Numbered from the stretch's first letter, positions 1 through 9,105 are shown. The stretch is 32,000 nucleotides of DNA from Desulfobulbus propionicus DSM 2032 (GCF_000186885.1 NC_014972.1:2520001-2552000); one strand, 5' to 3'. A program made the numbers and translations. Notes: generated by a model not told the origin, from the letters alone.

Positions 1-295
1 GTTTGGCAATGGGCTTGAAGGCCTCGAAGCCGAACACATGGCCAATGGACGAAACCAGACACAGCCCTGTCGAGGTCACGACAAAAAAGACGTAAGCGCC
101 CAGCATCAGCCCCCATGGGACTTCGCGGGTGACACCATACACATGTTCATGGCCGGCAAACATGGCGTGCACGCCAAAGGCGATTCCCACCAGGGTGAAC
201 AGACCCAACAGACCGATCACGCCGTTGTACACGCTGGACCGGCTCCCTTCAAGCCCCCCTTCCTGGGGCAGAACCTTGGTTAATATATTTTCCAT
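1..295 (-). CDS. NrfD/PsrC-family membrane subunit, N-terminal fragment (gene runs off the left edge)
   Basis: Reverse-strand ATG at 293-295 preceded by AAAGGAG; translates MENILTKVLPQEGGLEGSRSSVYNGVIGLLGLFTLVGIAFGVHAMFAGHEHVYGVTREVPWGLMLGAYVFFVVTSTGLCLVSSIGHVFGFEAFKPIAK, open to the window edge. The 'REVPWGLMLGAYVFFVVTSTGLCLVSS' segment resembles NrfD-type quinone-interacting membrane subunits. Confidence 0.65.
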   Translation of the reverse strand, partial: MENILTKVLPQEGGLEGSRSSVYNGVIGLLGLFTLVGIAFGVHAMFAGHEHVYGVTREVPWGLMLGAYVFFVVTSTGLCLVSSIGHVFGFEAFKPIAK

Positions 296-1332
296 GGCAC
301 CTTCTCCTTTACGGAATCAACGACCCCAATCGTCGTTATTCCGGCTGATTAATAACCGTTGAATCAAACCACATCGGGACGAACAATTTGGTCAGGGCAA
401 ATCGCTTTCTTCTCGCAAAGACTGAAGAACCGGCTTGATTCTCAGATCAAACAGCGTATGGAGAACAGCACCACCCAACCAGATAACGAAAAAAATAAGA
501 GCTTCCATTTGCTTCTCCTTGTTCCGGATCTCCGGACAGTTGTTGTGCACCAGGATTTATTGGCGGATAAACACCCGGTTGATTGTCTTTTGCGCGGCAC
601 CTCCTTGCGATGCGACCCGGCACCATTCTGCGGCTGCCGGATCTGGTCCTCGAATATTTCCTTGCTGCTTTTTTATCCAGCGGCGAATACGCTGTCAAGA
701 AAAACAACGGTCGATTGTTAAAAAATATGTAAATAAATAGATCAATATTCGCCCGATAAAAAGATTTCAACTTGCATGCGAAATAAATATTTTCGATATT
801 ATCCACCGCAATTATTTGTATATATTTATTTTTAGGCATTTTTATTCAATAATTAATCAAGACACCACTACCCTTTCCCCGAAATAGCAATCCAACTCGC
901 GGTTCTCATTATGCGTCTAAAAAATAACATTATGATCAAAATGCGCCCACACTGTTCACCCTCTCCGCAACCGCAGGTTCCCGGTATCCCTCAGAACCGG
1001 ACCAAAGGGGCAGAATATCGACCTGATAGAAAAGAACACCCGAGCAGCAGGTAATGCTTGACTATGGAACAAATACTGCAAATGATATTTTTAGCTACTC
1101 GCCTTCATCCAGATGACGAGCGAGCTTCCTTTTTCCCCTTCAAGGTGGCGGCCTTGGAGGGGATTTCTTTTCCCCTCCCCTTCCTCCGGCTTTACCTTTA
1201 CCGCGATTTATGGTAGCCCTGATCAGACATGCCGCTTGCTTGGGCGGCCGTGGCCTTGGGCCTCCCGCCCGCGCCATCGTCAACTTTGGGCGCATTTTTT
1301 CCATCGTCTTGTTCATTCCCCAGGAGCCTTGC

Positions 1333-3141
1333 GTGCAAAAATTCTACAAGAATCTTTCCATCTGGCTGATCATCGCTCTTTCCGCCCTGCTGCTGTTGCA
1401 TTACTGCAAGAAATCACCGGATCGCCACCATACCGTTGCCTATACCGAATTCCTGAAAAAGGCGGACAGCGGCGTACTCTCCACGGTCACCATGATCGAC
1501 CAAACCATACTTTGGGAAACCGCGGACGGTGAGCGTTTCAAAACGGTTGTGCCGCAAGCCCAGGCCACCGTTGACCACCTGCTGCGCAAAAACGTCACGA
1601 TCCGCGCTGAAATCCCGCCCCAGACCCCGTGGTTTGTGCAAACGCTCCTATCCTGGCTGCCCATTTTACTTTTTGCTGTTCTCTGGTTCTTTTATTTCCA
1701 AAAAGGAGGCAGCCAAGGGGGAAGTGGTTCCGGCAGGGCCATGGCATTTGGCAAAAGCAGGGCCCGCCTGATCAACCCAGAGGAATCGAAAGTCAAACTT
1801 GCCGACGTGGCTGGCATCGACGAAGCGAAGGAAGAAGTAGAGGAAATCGTTGATTTTTTAAAAAATCCCGGCAAATTCGTTGCAGCTGGCGCCCGAATTC
1901 CCACCGGCGTGCTCCTCTACGGAGAACCGGGAACCGGTAAAACCCTGCTGGCCAAGGCCATTGCCGGTGAAGCAGGCGTGCCTTTTTTCTCCATCAGCGG
2001 CTCTCACTTCGTCGAAATGTATGTTGGAATCGGCGCCTCCCGGGTGCGTGATCTGTTCAACGAAGGTAAGAAAAAAGCCCCATGCATCATCTTCATCGAC
2101 GAAATCGATGCGGTTGGCCGCCATCGTAGTGCCGGTACCGGTTCTGGAGGCAACGATGAACGGGAACAGACCCTCAACCAACTGCTGGTGGAGATGGACG
2201 GGTTTGAGGCCAACGACCACGTGATCGTCATCGCGGCCACCAACCGCCAGGACATTCTTGATCCGGCCCTGCTGCGACCGGGTCGTTTTGATCGTCAGGT
2301 CATGGTGCCATTGCCCGACGTGGGTGGGCGGGAGAAGATTCTCAAGGTCCATGCCCGCAACACCAAGATCGGACCAGATGTGGATTGGCAGGTGATCGCC
2401 AAGGGCACGCCCGGTTTTTCTGGCGCGCAATTGGCCAGCCTGGTCAACGAGGCCGCTCTGCTGATGACCAGAAAAAACAGCCAAACCATTACCATGGAAA
2501 TTCTGGAGGCGGCCAAGGACAAGGTATTGATGGGGGCGGAGCGGCGCAGCCTGATCATCACCGACAAGGAAAAACGGATCACCGCCTGCCACGAGGCCGG
2601 CCACGCCTTGGTGGCGTGGATGCTGCCCGGTGCCGACCCGGTGCACAAGGTGACGATCATCCCCCGCGGGCGAGCCCTGGGCCTGACCATGCAACTTCCC
2701 GCTGAAGAACGCTCTTCCCATGATCGCACTTTTTTGTTTCACAATCTCTGCACGCTGCTTGGCGGACGGATAGCCGAGGAAATCGTCTTCAACCAGATGA
2801 CCACCGGCGCCGGCAACGACATCGAACGGGTTTCGGACATCGCCCGGCGGATGGTTTGCGAATGGGGAATGAGCGAGTCGATCGGCCCGCTGACCTTCAG
2901 GGCGCCCAATCCCCTGGGTGGCCAACCGGCGCAAATCATCAGCGAACAGACGGCCATGCTGATCGATGCGGAAGTGAAAAAGCTGGTACAGTCAGCCTAT
3001 GACCACGCACACAGCCTTCTTACCCGGCACCGCGCCCTGCTGGATGCCATGACCAATGCCCTGCTGGAACGGGAAACGATCTCGGGCGCCGATATTCAGG
3101 CAATCATTGATCGAATGCCCCGTGACGCGGAAAGCAAATGA
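1333..3141 (+). CDS. ftsH: ATP-dependent zinc metalloprotease FtsH
   Basis: GTG start at 1333 preceded by CAGGAG; N-terminal TM segments, AAA+ Walker A (GEPGTGKT), Walker B ([11 protein letters not shown]), SRH region ([22 protein letters not shown]) and Zn-binding HEAGH motif. The track ORF starts upstream at 1210, but the region before 1333 does not look like FtsH. Confidence 0.96.
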   Translation: MQKFYKNLSIWLIIALSALLLLHYCKKSPDRHHTVAYTEFLKKADSGVLSTVTMIDQTILWETADGERFKTVVPQAQATVDHLLRKNVTIRAEIPPQTPWFVQTLLSWLPILLFAVLWFFYFQKGGSQGGSGSGRAMAFGKSRARLINPEESKVKLADVAGIDEAKEEVEEIVDFLKNPGKFVAAGARIPTGVLLYGEPGTGKTLLAKAIAGEAGVPFFSISGSHFVEMYVGIGASRVRDLFNEGKKKAPCIIFIDEIDAVGRHRSAGTGSGGNDEREQTLNQLLVEMDGFEANDHVIVIAATNRQDILDPALLRPGRFDRQVMVPLPDVGGREKILKVHARNTKIGPDVDWQVIAKGTPGFSGAQLASLVNEAALLMTRKNSQTITMEILEAAKDKVLMGAERRSLIITDKEKRITACHEAGHALVAWMLPGADPVHKVTIIPRGRALGLTMQLPAEERSSHDRTFLFHNLCTLLGGRIAEEIVFNQMTTGAGNDIERVSDIARRMVCEWGMSESIGPLTFRAPNPLGGQPAQIISEQTAMLIDAEVKKLVQSAYDHAHSLLTRHRALLDAMTNALLERETISGADIQAIIDRMPRDAESK

Positions 3142-3159
3142 GGCCGACGAAACAGATGG

Positions 3160-3651
3160 TCAACGATGCCGCTGTTTCCATTTCCAGGGCGGCACGGGCC
3201 TCTCATCCCGCCAGACCCCCAGGCGCAGTTGGCGTGCGGACCGTTCCAGCTGTTCCAGTTCTTGACAAAACGGCTCGCTCTTGCAGTAGAAGGGGTGCAC
3301 CCACGCCATGCCGGTGCGCACCAACTCGGCATTGACCACAAGACCAGGCCGCTTCACCACCGCAACCGTTCGTCCGTACCTATCAACGTCCACGGGGACG
3401 ATGGATACCTCCTTTCCCGTCATCAAAACAGTGGCGCGACGCTTCGCCTCCGCCCAGCCCGCCTGCCCATGTTCGGGACAATCAATACCGAAAAGACGGA
3501 TGGTTTCAACCCTGCCGCGGGTTTTCACCCGAAGCGAATCGCCGTCAAGAACCCGGGTGACGGTTCCTTCCCAGGCGAAAACATCCAAGCCGCTCAGTTG
3601 CAGAACGATACATACGCCAACGAATACCCAGCCTGCTTTGCTCCAGCGCAT
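3160..3651 (-). CDS. Thermonuclease (staphylococcal nuclease-like) family protein with signal peptide
   Basis: 163 aa; N-terminal hydrophobic signal, 'GTVTRVLDGDSLRVKTRGRVETIRLFGIDCPEHGQ' and 'DVDRYGRTVAVV' match SNase catalytic motifs. Confidence 0.88.
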   Translation of the reverse strand: MRWSKAGWVFVGVCIVLQLSGLDVFAWEGTVTRVLDGDSLRVKTRGRVETIRLFGIDCPEHGQAGWAEAKRRATVLMTGKEVSIVPVDVDRYGRTVAVVKRPGLVVNAELVRTGMAWVHPFYCKSEPFCQELEQLERSARQLRLGVWRDERPVPPWKWKQRHR

Positions 3652-3854
3652 CCTCTTGCCTCCTTTTTTGTCGATCGATCAGTAGGCTGTTTTTTGCCTT
3701 TTGTGTTCTTCTTGTCAAGGAAATGACACTTTGCATGCAAAGTCCCTTGTGTTCCCAGATTCACCTGTGGTAGTCTTTTTGACAATGGCCCGGAATTGAC
3801 GGCACAACCCGAGACTCTTCGCCAGCCACTCCAGCAAACCGTATCTGAATCGGA

Positions 3855-4367
3855 ATGAAAGAGACTGTCGCCCCCGAACAGCCCTTGACGGAAAATGAAG
3901 AAAAGACAAGGGATTTGATGCTGACCTTGCCCTTGTTTGATGCCTTTAAATCCGACGAGCTCGACATTCTTGCCCGCCACATGAATTTTGCGGAAATCAT
4001 GCGCGGCGAACACCTGTTTATTGAAGGTGACAAAGGGGATTTCATGTGCTTCGTCGTTCGGGGGCTGCTTGATGTCCTCAAAAAATCGAACATAGGTGAT
4101 TACCGCGTGATTGCCCGCCTCGGCAAGGGCAACACCATCGGCGAAATGTCGATCATCGACAAATCCCCCCGTTCGGCCACGGTGATTGCCCGGCAGCCTT
4201 CGGTTGTCATAATCTTGACCAAAAAGGGTTTCGACATTCTCACCGAACTCTACCCCGCCTTGGGTGTGACCCTTTTAAAAAAGATCATGCGCTTGCTGAG
4301 CCTCAACATGCGCCTCACCACCATCAAGCTGGCAGAAAACTTCCCGACGCAAGCGTATGACAGCTGA
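3855..4367 (+). CDS. Cyclic nucleotide-binding domain protein (stand-alone, no HTH)
   Basis: 170 aa; '[25 protein letters not shown]...[26 protein letters not shown]' is a CRP/PKA-type cNMP-binding beta-barrel signature; the sequence after the domain is too short for a CRP winged helix. Confidence 0.85.
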   Translation: MKETVAPEQPLTENEEKTRDLMLTLPLFDAFKSDELDILARHMNFAEIMRGEHLFIEGDKGDFMCFVVRGLLDVLKKSNIGDYRVIARLGKGNTIGEMSIIDKSPRSATVIARQPSVVIILTKKGFDILTELYPALGVTLLKKIMRLLSLNMRLTTIKLAENFPTQAYDS

Positions 4368-5442
4368 TGGATTTTACGGCATAATTGGGCGAAGCGAATC
4401 CATGCGGCGGCTGTTCAGGCTGATCGGCAAACTCGCCGAAGATGACCTGAGCACCGTGCTGATCCAGGGAGAATCGGGAACCGGCAAGGAACTGGTGGCC
4501 AAGGCAATCCATGCCCACAGTCCACGGGCATCCCATCACTTTGTGCCGGTCAACTGCGCCGCCATCCCCGATGACCTGCTGGAGAGCGAGTTGTTCGGCT
4601 ATACCAAAGGGGCCTTTACCGGTGCCGCCGGCCCCAAGATCGGGCGGATTGAATACGCCAACAACGGTTCCCTGTTCCTTGACGAAATCGGTGACATGAA
4701 GCCTGCGTTGCAGGCAAAACTGCTCCGCGTCCTCCAGGAACGCGAATTTGAACCGGTGGGCGGGCTGAAACCCATCCCGGTGGACGTTCGAATCATCGCC
4801 GCCACCCACTGCAATCTCGAACAGATGGTGACCGAAGGCCGATTTCGCGAAGATCTCTTCTACCGTCTCAGCGTCATCCCGGTTTCCATTCCTCCGTTGC
4901 GTGAACGGACGGACGACATCCCCCTGTTGATTGAGCATTTCATCAACAGCATCGGCAAAAACAAAAAGAAACCTCTTCTGGGCTTTGATTCGGTCGCCAT
5001 GCAGGCCCTGTCGCAAGTTCCCTGGCGGGGCAACGTCAGGGAGCTGGAGAATTTGGTCCAGCACATGACCATCTTGCACGGCGGTTCCCGAGTCGGCTAT
5101 CATGACCTGCCGGAAAAATATCGCGTCGGCCCGCCGCCCATCCCGCTTTCTCCGGAAAAAGAACCGCTGCGGGAAGCAGACACCGTCAGCCGCTCGGAAC
5201 AGGCCCTACTGTGTTCCTCCACCACGTCGATTCCCCGTGAATCCTGGCCGGAAAAAGGGGTCGATTTCAATGCTCTGGTGAACGATTTCGAAACCCAGCT
5301 GATCGTCCAGGCCCTCAAGCTGACGCAGGGCAATAAAAAAGAGGCGGCGCGCCTACTTAACTTGAAAAGGACCACTTTGCTGGAAAAAATCAAAAAGAAA
5401 GAACTGGCTGGAACCTGGCTGGAGGAAGAAGAGGATGAATGA
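4357..5442 (+). CDS. Sigma-54-dependent transcriptional activator (AAA+ domain plus Fis-type HTH, no N-terminal receiver)
   Basis: 361 aa; GESGTGKE (Walker A), [15 protein letters not shown] (sigma-54 contact loop), '[11 protein letters not shown]' (Walker B), '[13 protein letters not shown]', C-terminal '[29 protein letters not shown]' Fis-like HTH. The AAA+ domain begins about 10 residues from the N-terminus. Confidence 0.93.
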   Translation: MTADGFYGIIGRSESMRRLFRLIGKLAEDDLSTVLIQGESGTGKELVAKAIHAHSPRASHHFVPVNCAAIPDDLLESELFGYTKGAFTGAAGPKIGRIEYANNGSLFLDEIGDMKPALQAKLLRVLQEREFEPVGGLKPIPVDVRIIAATHCNLEQMVTEGRFREDLFYRLSVIPVSIPPLRERTDDIPLLIEHFINSIGKNKKKPLLGFDSVAMQALSQVPWRGNVRELENLVQHMTILHGGSRVGYHDLPEKYRVGPPPIPLSPEKEPLREADTVSRSEQALLCSSTTSIPRESWPEKGVDFNALVNDFETQLIVQALKLTQGNKKEAARLLNLKRTTLLEKIKKKELAGTWLEEEEDE

Positions 5443-5443
5443 G

Positions 5444-5464
5444 GCGGCCTAGGCCGCTTTTTTT
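5444..5464 (+). terminator. Intrinsic terminator of the sigma-54 activator unit, overlapping the stop codon of the convergent gene
   Basis: Palindrome GCGGCCTAGGCCGC (arms extendable by a G-T and an A-T pair) followed by TTTTTTT at 5458-5464, immediately after the TGA at 5440-5442. Confidence 0.65.
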
Positions 5465-7302
5465 ACCAGATTGTTTTCGATTTTCTCCCGAATATCGCCG
5501 GGCGATGAAGGAGTAATCAAGATATCGCACGCCCCATATTTAACCGCTTTCAACACCAGCGTTCGTGTCCAGGCCGGACCCGCGGCCACCAGCGGCACCG
5601 GCAAGCCGGCGCTGCTTATTTTGATGGCCATGCCAAATCCCTGCTCGCTGACCTCCTGCATCACCAAAAATATCATTTGAATACGAGAGGTCAGCATCGT
5701 ATTGACCGGATCCTTGAAATGGAGGATGCGGCACGCGTATCCGGCCACTTCCAAGGCATTGGCAATGCGGCCGGCCTCGGGGTCATCGTCGGTGAAGATG
5801 AGAACATCGACACTTTCCGCTGTTTTTTCCCGAAGCGGAGCCGGTCCCGAAGGAGCGGCAGGGGCTTTTCCGGACGGAGCGGTTGCTGTTGCCGTGGTTG
5901 CGGTTTCACCGCCGGAAGGCGCTTCTTCCTCTCCGTGGGCCAGCAATCCTTCCAATTCCAGGACGCGGGCTGGGACAAGAAGCTGTAGCCGCCCCAAGTC
6001 GCGCTCATTATAGCGCATCTCGCCAAGGGAAAGGTAATAGGCCTGATTGGCAAAGACCTCATCCGCTTCGGGATCGATCTTGGCCGGCGACACCGGCTCA
6101 ACGGCTGTTTTGACAAACCCCAACTTGAGGCGGGACTGCTCCTCAAACACAGAGGTGAAAACGCCGGCTACGATATTGGTCACCTCACCGTAGGCGTCGC
6201 GGGCATCCTCGCTGAAATCCTCGTTGCGGACCGTTTCCTCCAGTTCGCTCTCTGGCAGCATGATCAGGCAACCGCCCAAATACACCGCTGTTTTAAGATC
6301 GACAAACAGATAAGCCTCTCCTTGCCCGCCGCCGCGCAGTTCCATCCGGGTCATGATCTGCTTGCCACCGGCCTGCTCGATGAACCCTTCCTTGGTCACA
6401 GCCAGATTCTCTGTCGGTGTTACCTCCAAAACACCGCCAAGCAAGGCGCTGACCTCACTGCCCATCTTGGTCATGCAGCTTTTGAGCAAACCATCGATGA
6501 GCTTCTTCTGTTTGCCTATATCGCGCTTGGGCTGACTCGGCGCGGCGTGCTCCCCTGCCGCCGCAGCCCTGTTCTCGGGCCGGTCGTCAGCACCAGCCTC
6601 AGCAGCGGCCGAGTCCGCCGCTTGGCGCTCAGGCGCCTCACCCGTTTCCGCCTGGACGCCAGTGACGGCCTGTTCAGCGATTTTTTCTTCCGCCGATTGT
6701 GGCGACAAGTGCTCCTTCGGCGCTTCAGCCACCAGCCCAAACGGTCCCGCAGGGAGGGCAAGATGCACGTTGCCCAGCTCATGGCTTCCGAGCTGCATGG
6801 GCGCGGTCATGAGATAATAGGGCACATCGACAATCGGTTGGTCGGATTCGACCTCCACCTTGAGCGGAACGACGACCTCCTGCTCTGTCCTGATCAGACG
6901 GACACTTTTGGGATACATCTCCTCAAAGGTGACCGTGGCGGCGCCGCAGATTATATTGGCGACCTCGCCGTAGGAATCCTGCAACTCTTCGGAGTATTGC
7001 TGCTCGGCAAGAACGCTGGCTAATTCCGATTCAGGCAGCATGATCAGCGTGCCGCCGATATAGATGGCATCCTTGACACTCACCAGCAGACAACCGCTTC
7101 CCTGAACATCTCCTTCCAGACGAACGCGGGCAAGCGCCTGCTTGCCGTCGACATCAGCAAACAATTCCTCCTTGCTGGTCACTCGGAACTCTGCTTCGCC
7201 GATCTTGAACGGCTTGCCGATCAAGGCGGCAACCTCATCCTGAATCCGATCACGGCAGGCAAGCAGAATTTTGTTGAAGCGTTCTCTAGATTTCATCGTC
7301 AA
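5449..7302 (-). CDS. Multidomain protein: two CheC/CheX-like domains plus a C-terminal degenerate receiver (REC-like) domain
   Basis: 617 aa; two internally similar halves, each with a GExxNxxxG-type motif ('DSYGEVANIICGAATV' and 'DAYGEVTNIVAGVFTS') and a shared 'IGG/LGG..LIMLPESELE' block. An Ala/Glu-rich linker and an Ala/Pro/Thr-rich linker follow the respective domains, then 'VDVLIFTDDDPEAGRIANALEVAGYACRILHF...' with a receiver-like fold. Confidence 0.72.
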   Translation of the reverse strand: MTMKSRERFNKILLACRDRIQDEVAALIGKPFKIGEAEFRVTSKEELFADVDGKQALARVRLEGDVQGSGCLLVSVKDAIYIGGTLIMLPESELASVLAEQQYSEELQDSYGEVANIICGAATVTFEEMYPKSVRLIRTEQEVVVPLKVEVESDQPIVDVPYYLMTAPMQLGSHELGNVHLALPAGPFGLVAEAPKEHLSPQSAEEKIAEQAVTGVQAETGEAPERQAADSAAAEAGADDRPENRAAAAGEHAAPSQPKRDIGKQKKLIDGLLKSCMTKMGSEVSALLGGVLEVTPTENLAVTKEGFIEQAGGKQIMTRMELRGGGQGEAYLFVDLKTAVYLGGCLIMLPESELEETVRNEDFSEDARDAYGEVTNIVAGVFTSVFEEQSRLKLGFVKTAVEPVSPAKIDPEADEVFANQAYYLSLGEMRYNERDLGRLQLLVPARVLELEGLLAHGEEEAPSGGETATTATATAPSGKAPAAPSGPAPLREKTAESVDVLIFTDDDPEAGRIANALEVAGYACRILHFKDPVNTMLTSRIQMIFLVMQEVSEQGFGMAIKISSAGLPVPLVAAGPAWTRTLVLKAVKYGACDILITPSSPGDIREKIENNLVKKAA

Positions 7303-7438
7303 AACAAAAAGATTGAAAAACAGTAACCTTTTCCGGCATCACACGACGCGATGATCGGTTTGGGCCAAACGGAAAACAGGTTCAAACAGGTCTTTGTTTC
7401 TTTCGGCGGCTGACACGGCAAAGTTTACCGGAACCGCC

Positions 7439-7912
7439 TCAGGCCAGGACAAATCGAAGTTCAACACCAAACCGACCGATTGGGCTGGAGAAAGGAATCA
7501 TTATCCTGGTTGCGCCGGTGAGACCGGTGGTTCGAATCGATTTCCCGATAACCGTGGTGGGGATGGCCAATTCGATTTTTCTGTCGTTGGCCGCCAGAGC
7601 CACCTTCAGTCCACCGGCAACCATGTTGGCGATCTCGCCGATGGCGTCTTTCACATCCTCGCCCAGTTCGGTCACCTCCATGCCAAGCATGGAGGTGGTG
7701 ATGCCCAACGCCACGTGCTCTGGACAATGAATGGCAAGAATCCCCTTCAGGTCGCCGGCCAGGCCGATCAGACTGGACAGATTGGGGTCAAGAACCGAAA
7801 CCGGCGCGTCCGTTGACGCTTCCGGTTCGATATCAATGAAAATCATGGAGGCAAAGACCTCCAGTGTCGCATCGATGAGGTATTTCTCTAGCTCCAAGAA
7901 AAAACGCTCCAT
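7439..7912 (-). CDS. CheX-like chemotaxis protein (putative CheY-P phosphatase)
   Basis: 157 aa; 'DAIGEIANMVAGGLKVALA' carries the conserved E-x2-N of CheX/CheC phosphatases, within a CheX-like domain that spans the whole protein. Confidence 0.83.
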   Translation of the reverse strand: MERFFLELEKYLIDATLEVFASMIFIDIEPEASTDAPVSVLDPNLSSLIGLAGDLKGILAIHCPEHVALGITTSMLGMEVTELGEDVKDAIGEIANMVAGGLKVALAANDRKIELAIPTTVIGKSIRTTGLTGATRIMIPFSSPIGRFGVELRFVLA

Positions 7913-7948
7913 TGGGAAAAGGTTATGATCCGGACACGATGGAACGCA

Positions 7949-8416
7949 TCAGCGCTCCAACTCAACCTCCACGTAAAATGCTCCGGAGGGGGCCTGGAAA
8001 GGAAGGATGACCTGGTCCACCTCCGCCTGAGAGGTAAAGGCATACTCATCGCCGGAGATGGTTGAAGGCAAGGAGAGTTGTATATCCTTTCCCCGGTCGG
8101 AAAGAATCGTCTTCAGATTGCCGCCGAGCATGTTGGCGATTTCACCAATGGCATCCTGCACATCTTCATTGATTTCGGAAACTTCCATACCTAGAAAACT
8201 GCTGGTGACATCCAACGCCACCTGTTGGGGAAAATGGACCGCCAAAACCCCCTTATGGGTTCCGGCAAGTCCGACCATGCCGGTGATTGATTTTTTCAAC
8301 TGCCCCAGTTTTTCCAACGGTTCACCCGCCACCGCAATTTCCATCATCACCATGCCGGTGAAGATTTCTATGGTCGACTCGATGATCTTGTCGTTAATCT
8401 CGGTAAAACTGTTCAC
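7949..8416 (-). CDS. CheX-like chemotaxis protein, paralogue of the neighbouring gene
   Basis: 155 aa; 'DVQDAIGEIANMLGGNLKTILS'; same architecture as 7439-7912, with parallel blocks 'SSLIGLAGDLKGILAIHCPEHVALGITTSMLGMEVTEL' and 'TGMVGLAGTHKGVLAVHFPQQVALDVTSSFLGMEVSEI'. Confidence 0.83.
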   Translation of the reverse strand: MNSFTEINDKIIESTIEIFTGMVMMEIAVAGEPLEKLGQLKKSITGMVGLAGTHKGVLAVHFPQQVALDVTSSFLGMEVSEINEDVQDAIGEIANMLGGNLKTILSDRGKDIQLSLPSTISGDEYAFTSQAEVDQVILPFQAPSGAFYVEVELER

Positions 8417-8502
8417 ACTGTTCTCCCTCCAGAAGGTTCCGGATCATCGCGGGGGACCATCCGGAAAAAATTAATGTCAGAGCAAACATTGCGCCCCTGT
8501 GA

Positions 8503-8874
8503 CTACATCAGCGGGCCCAGGACCTCGTTGACCTTGTCCGGCGTAAAGGGTTTTTTCAAGGCGCCAACCGCTCCGAGACTCTTGGCCTCGCCGATGATGT
8601 CTTCTCCGGTTTCAGTGGAAATCATGAAGACAGGAATATCTTTCATGCCGGGGCGATTCGCTTTTTCCCTGAGAAATTCAATGCCGTTCATATTGGGCAT
8701 GTTGATGTCGCTGAGAACGATATCAATGGACTCCTTCTCCAGCACGGCCAGGGCTTCCTGCCCGTCACCCGCTTCATAAATCTCGCCGAAATCAAGCCCT
8801 GCCTGCCGCAGTGAACGGCTGATAATCTTGCGCATGGTGCTGGAATCATCGACAAGCAGTACGTTCTTTGCCAT
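8503..8874 (-). CDS. cheY: CheY-type single-domain response regulator
   Basis: 123 aa; VLLVDDSSTMRK, phosphoacceptor 'VLSDINMPNMNG', 'VFMISTET', 'LKKPF' all intact; GAGGAGGT ribosome-binding site upstream. Confidence 0.92.
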   Translation of the reverse strand: MAKNVLLVDDSSTMRKIISRSLRQAGLDFGEIYEAGDGQEALAVLEKESIDIVLSDINMPNMNGIEFLREKANRPGMKDIPVFMISTETGEDIIGEAKSLGAVGALKKPFTPDKVNEVLGPLM

Positions 8875-9089
8875 TCTTACCTCCTCTGTTTTTCCTAAGA
8901 AATTAATTCAACCCCTTGCGAGTCCCCGTATTGGCAACTTTTGGGGAACCCGGGAAAGTGTTTCGTCTGGGCTATTCTATCAACATGAAAACCGGGAAAG
9001 CAAATTTTTCTTTGCAAAAAGCCGTTTCTCTCCAAGGGGTTCAAGGTGCACGCGGCAGCACGTCGTCTGCTTGACCACGCAGACGCTCT

Positions 9090-9105
9090 TGCAAGTTTGC
9101 GGCCA
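9090..9105 (-). promoter_or_regulatory. Candidate sigma-54 promoter for the cheY-cheX cluster
   Basis: Minus strand reads TGGCCG-CAAAC-TTGCA against consensus TGGCAC-N5-TTGCW: 9 of 11 matches, exact GG-N10-GC spacing, lies upstream of cheY. Confidence 0.42.

Noticed and set aside
359-839. Overlapping ORFs 359-721 (+, 120 aa) and 447-839 (-, 130 aa)
   Set aside because: Mutually overlapping, no domain-like features, and the end of the minus ORF lies in the AT-rich block; treated as non-coding pending a homology search.
1858-2934. 358-aa open frame antisense to ftsH, and similar long antisense frames opposite fliI (16787-17893), fliG (15265-16146) and the TPR gene (11078-12250)
   Set aside because: All lie opposite strongly identified genes and have the composition expected of a GC-skewed complement.
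7362-7377. Short hairpin GTTTGGGCCAAAC between the 617-aa gene and the first cheX-like gene as a terminator
   Set aside because: The stem is only 5 bp and no T-run follows on either strand.
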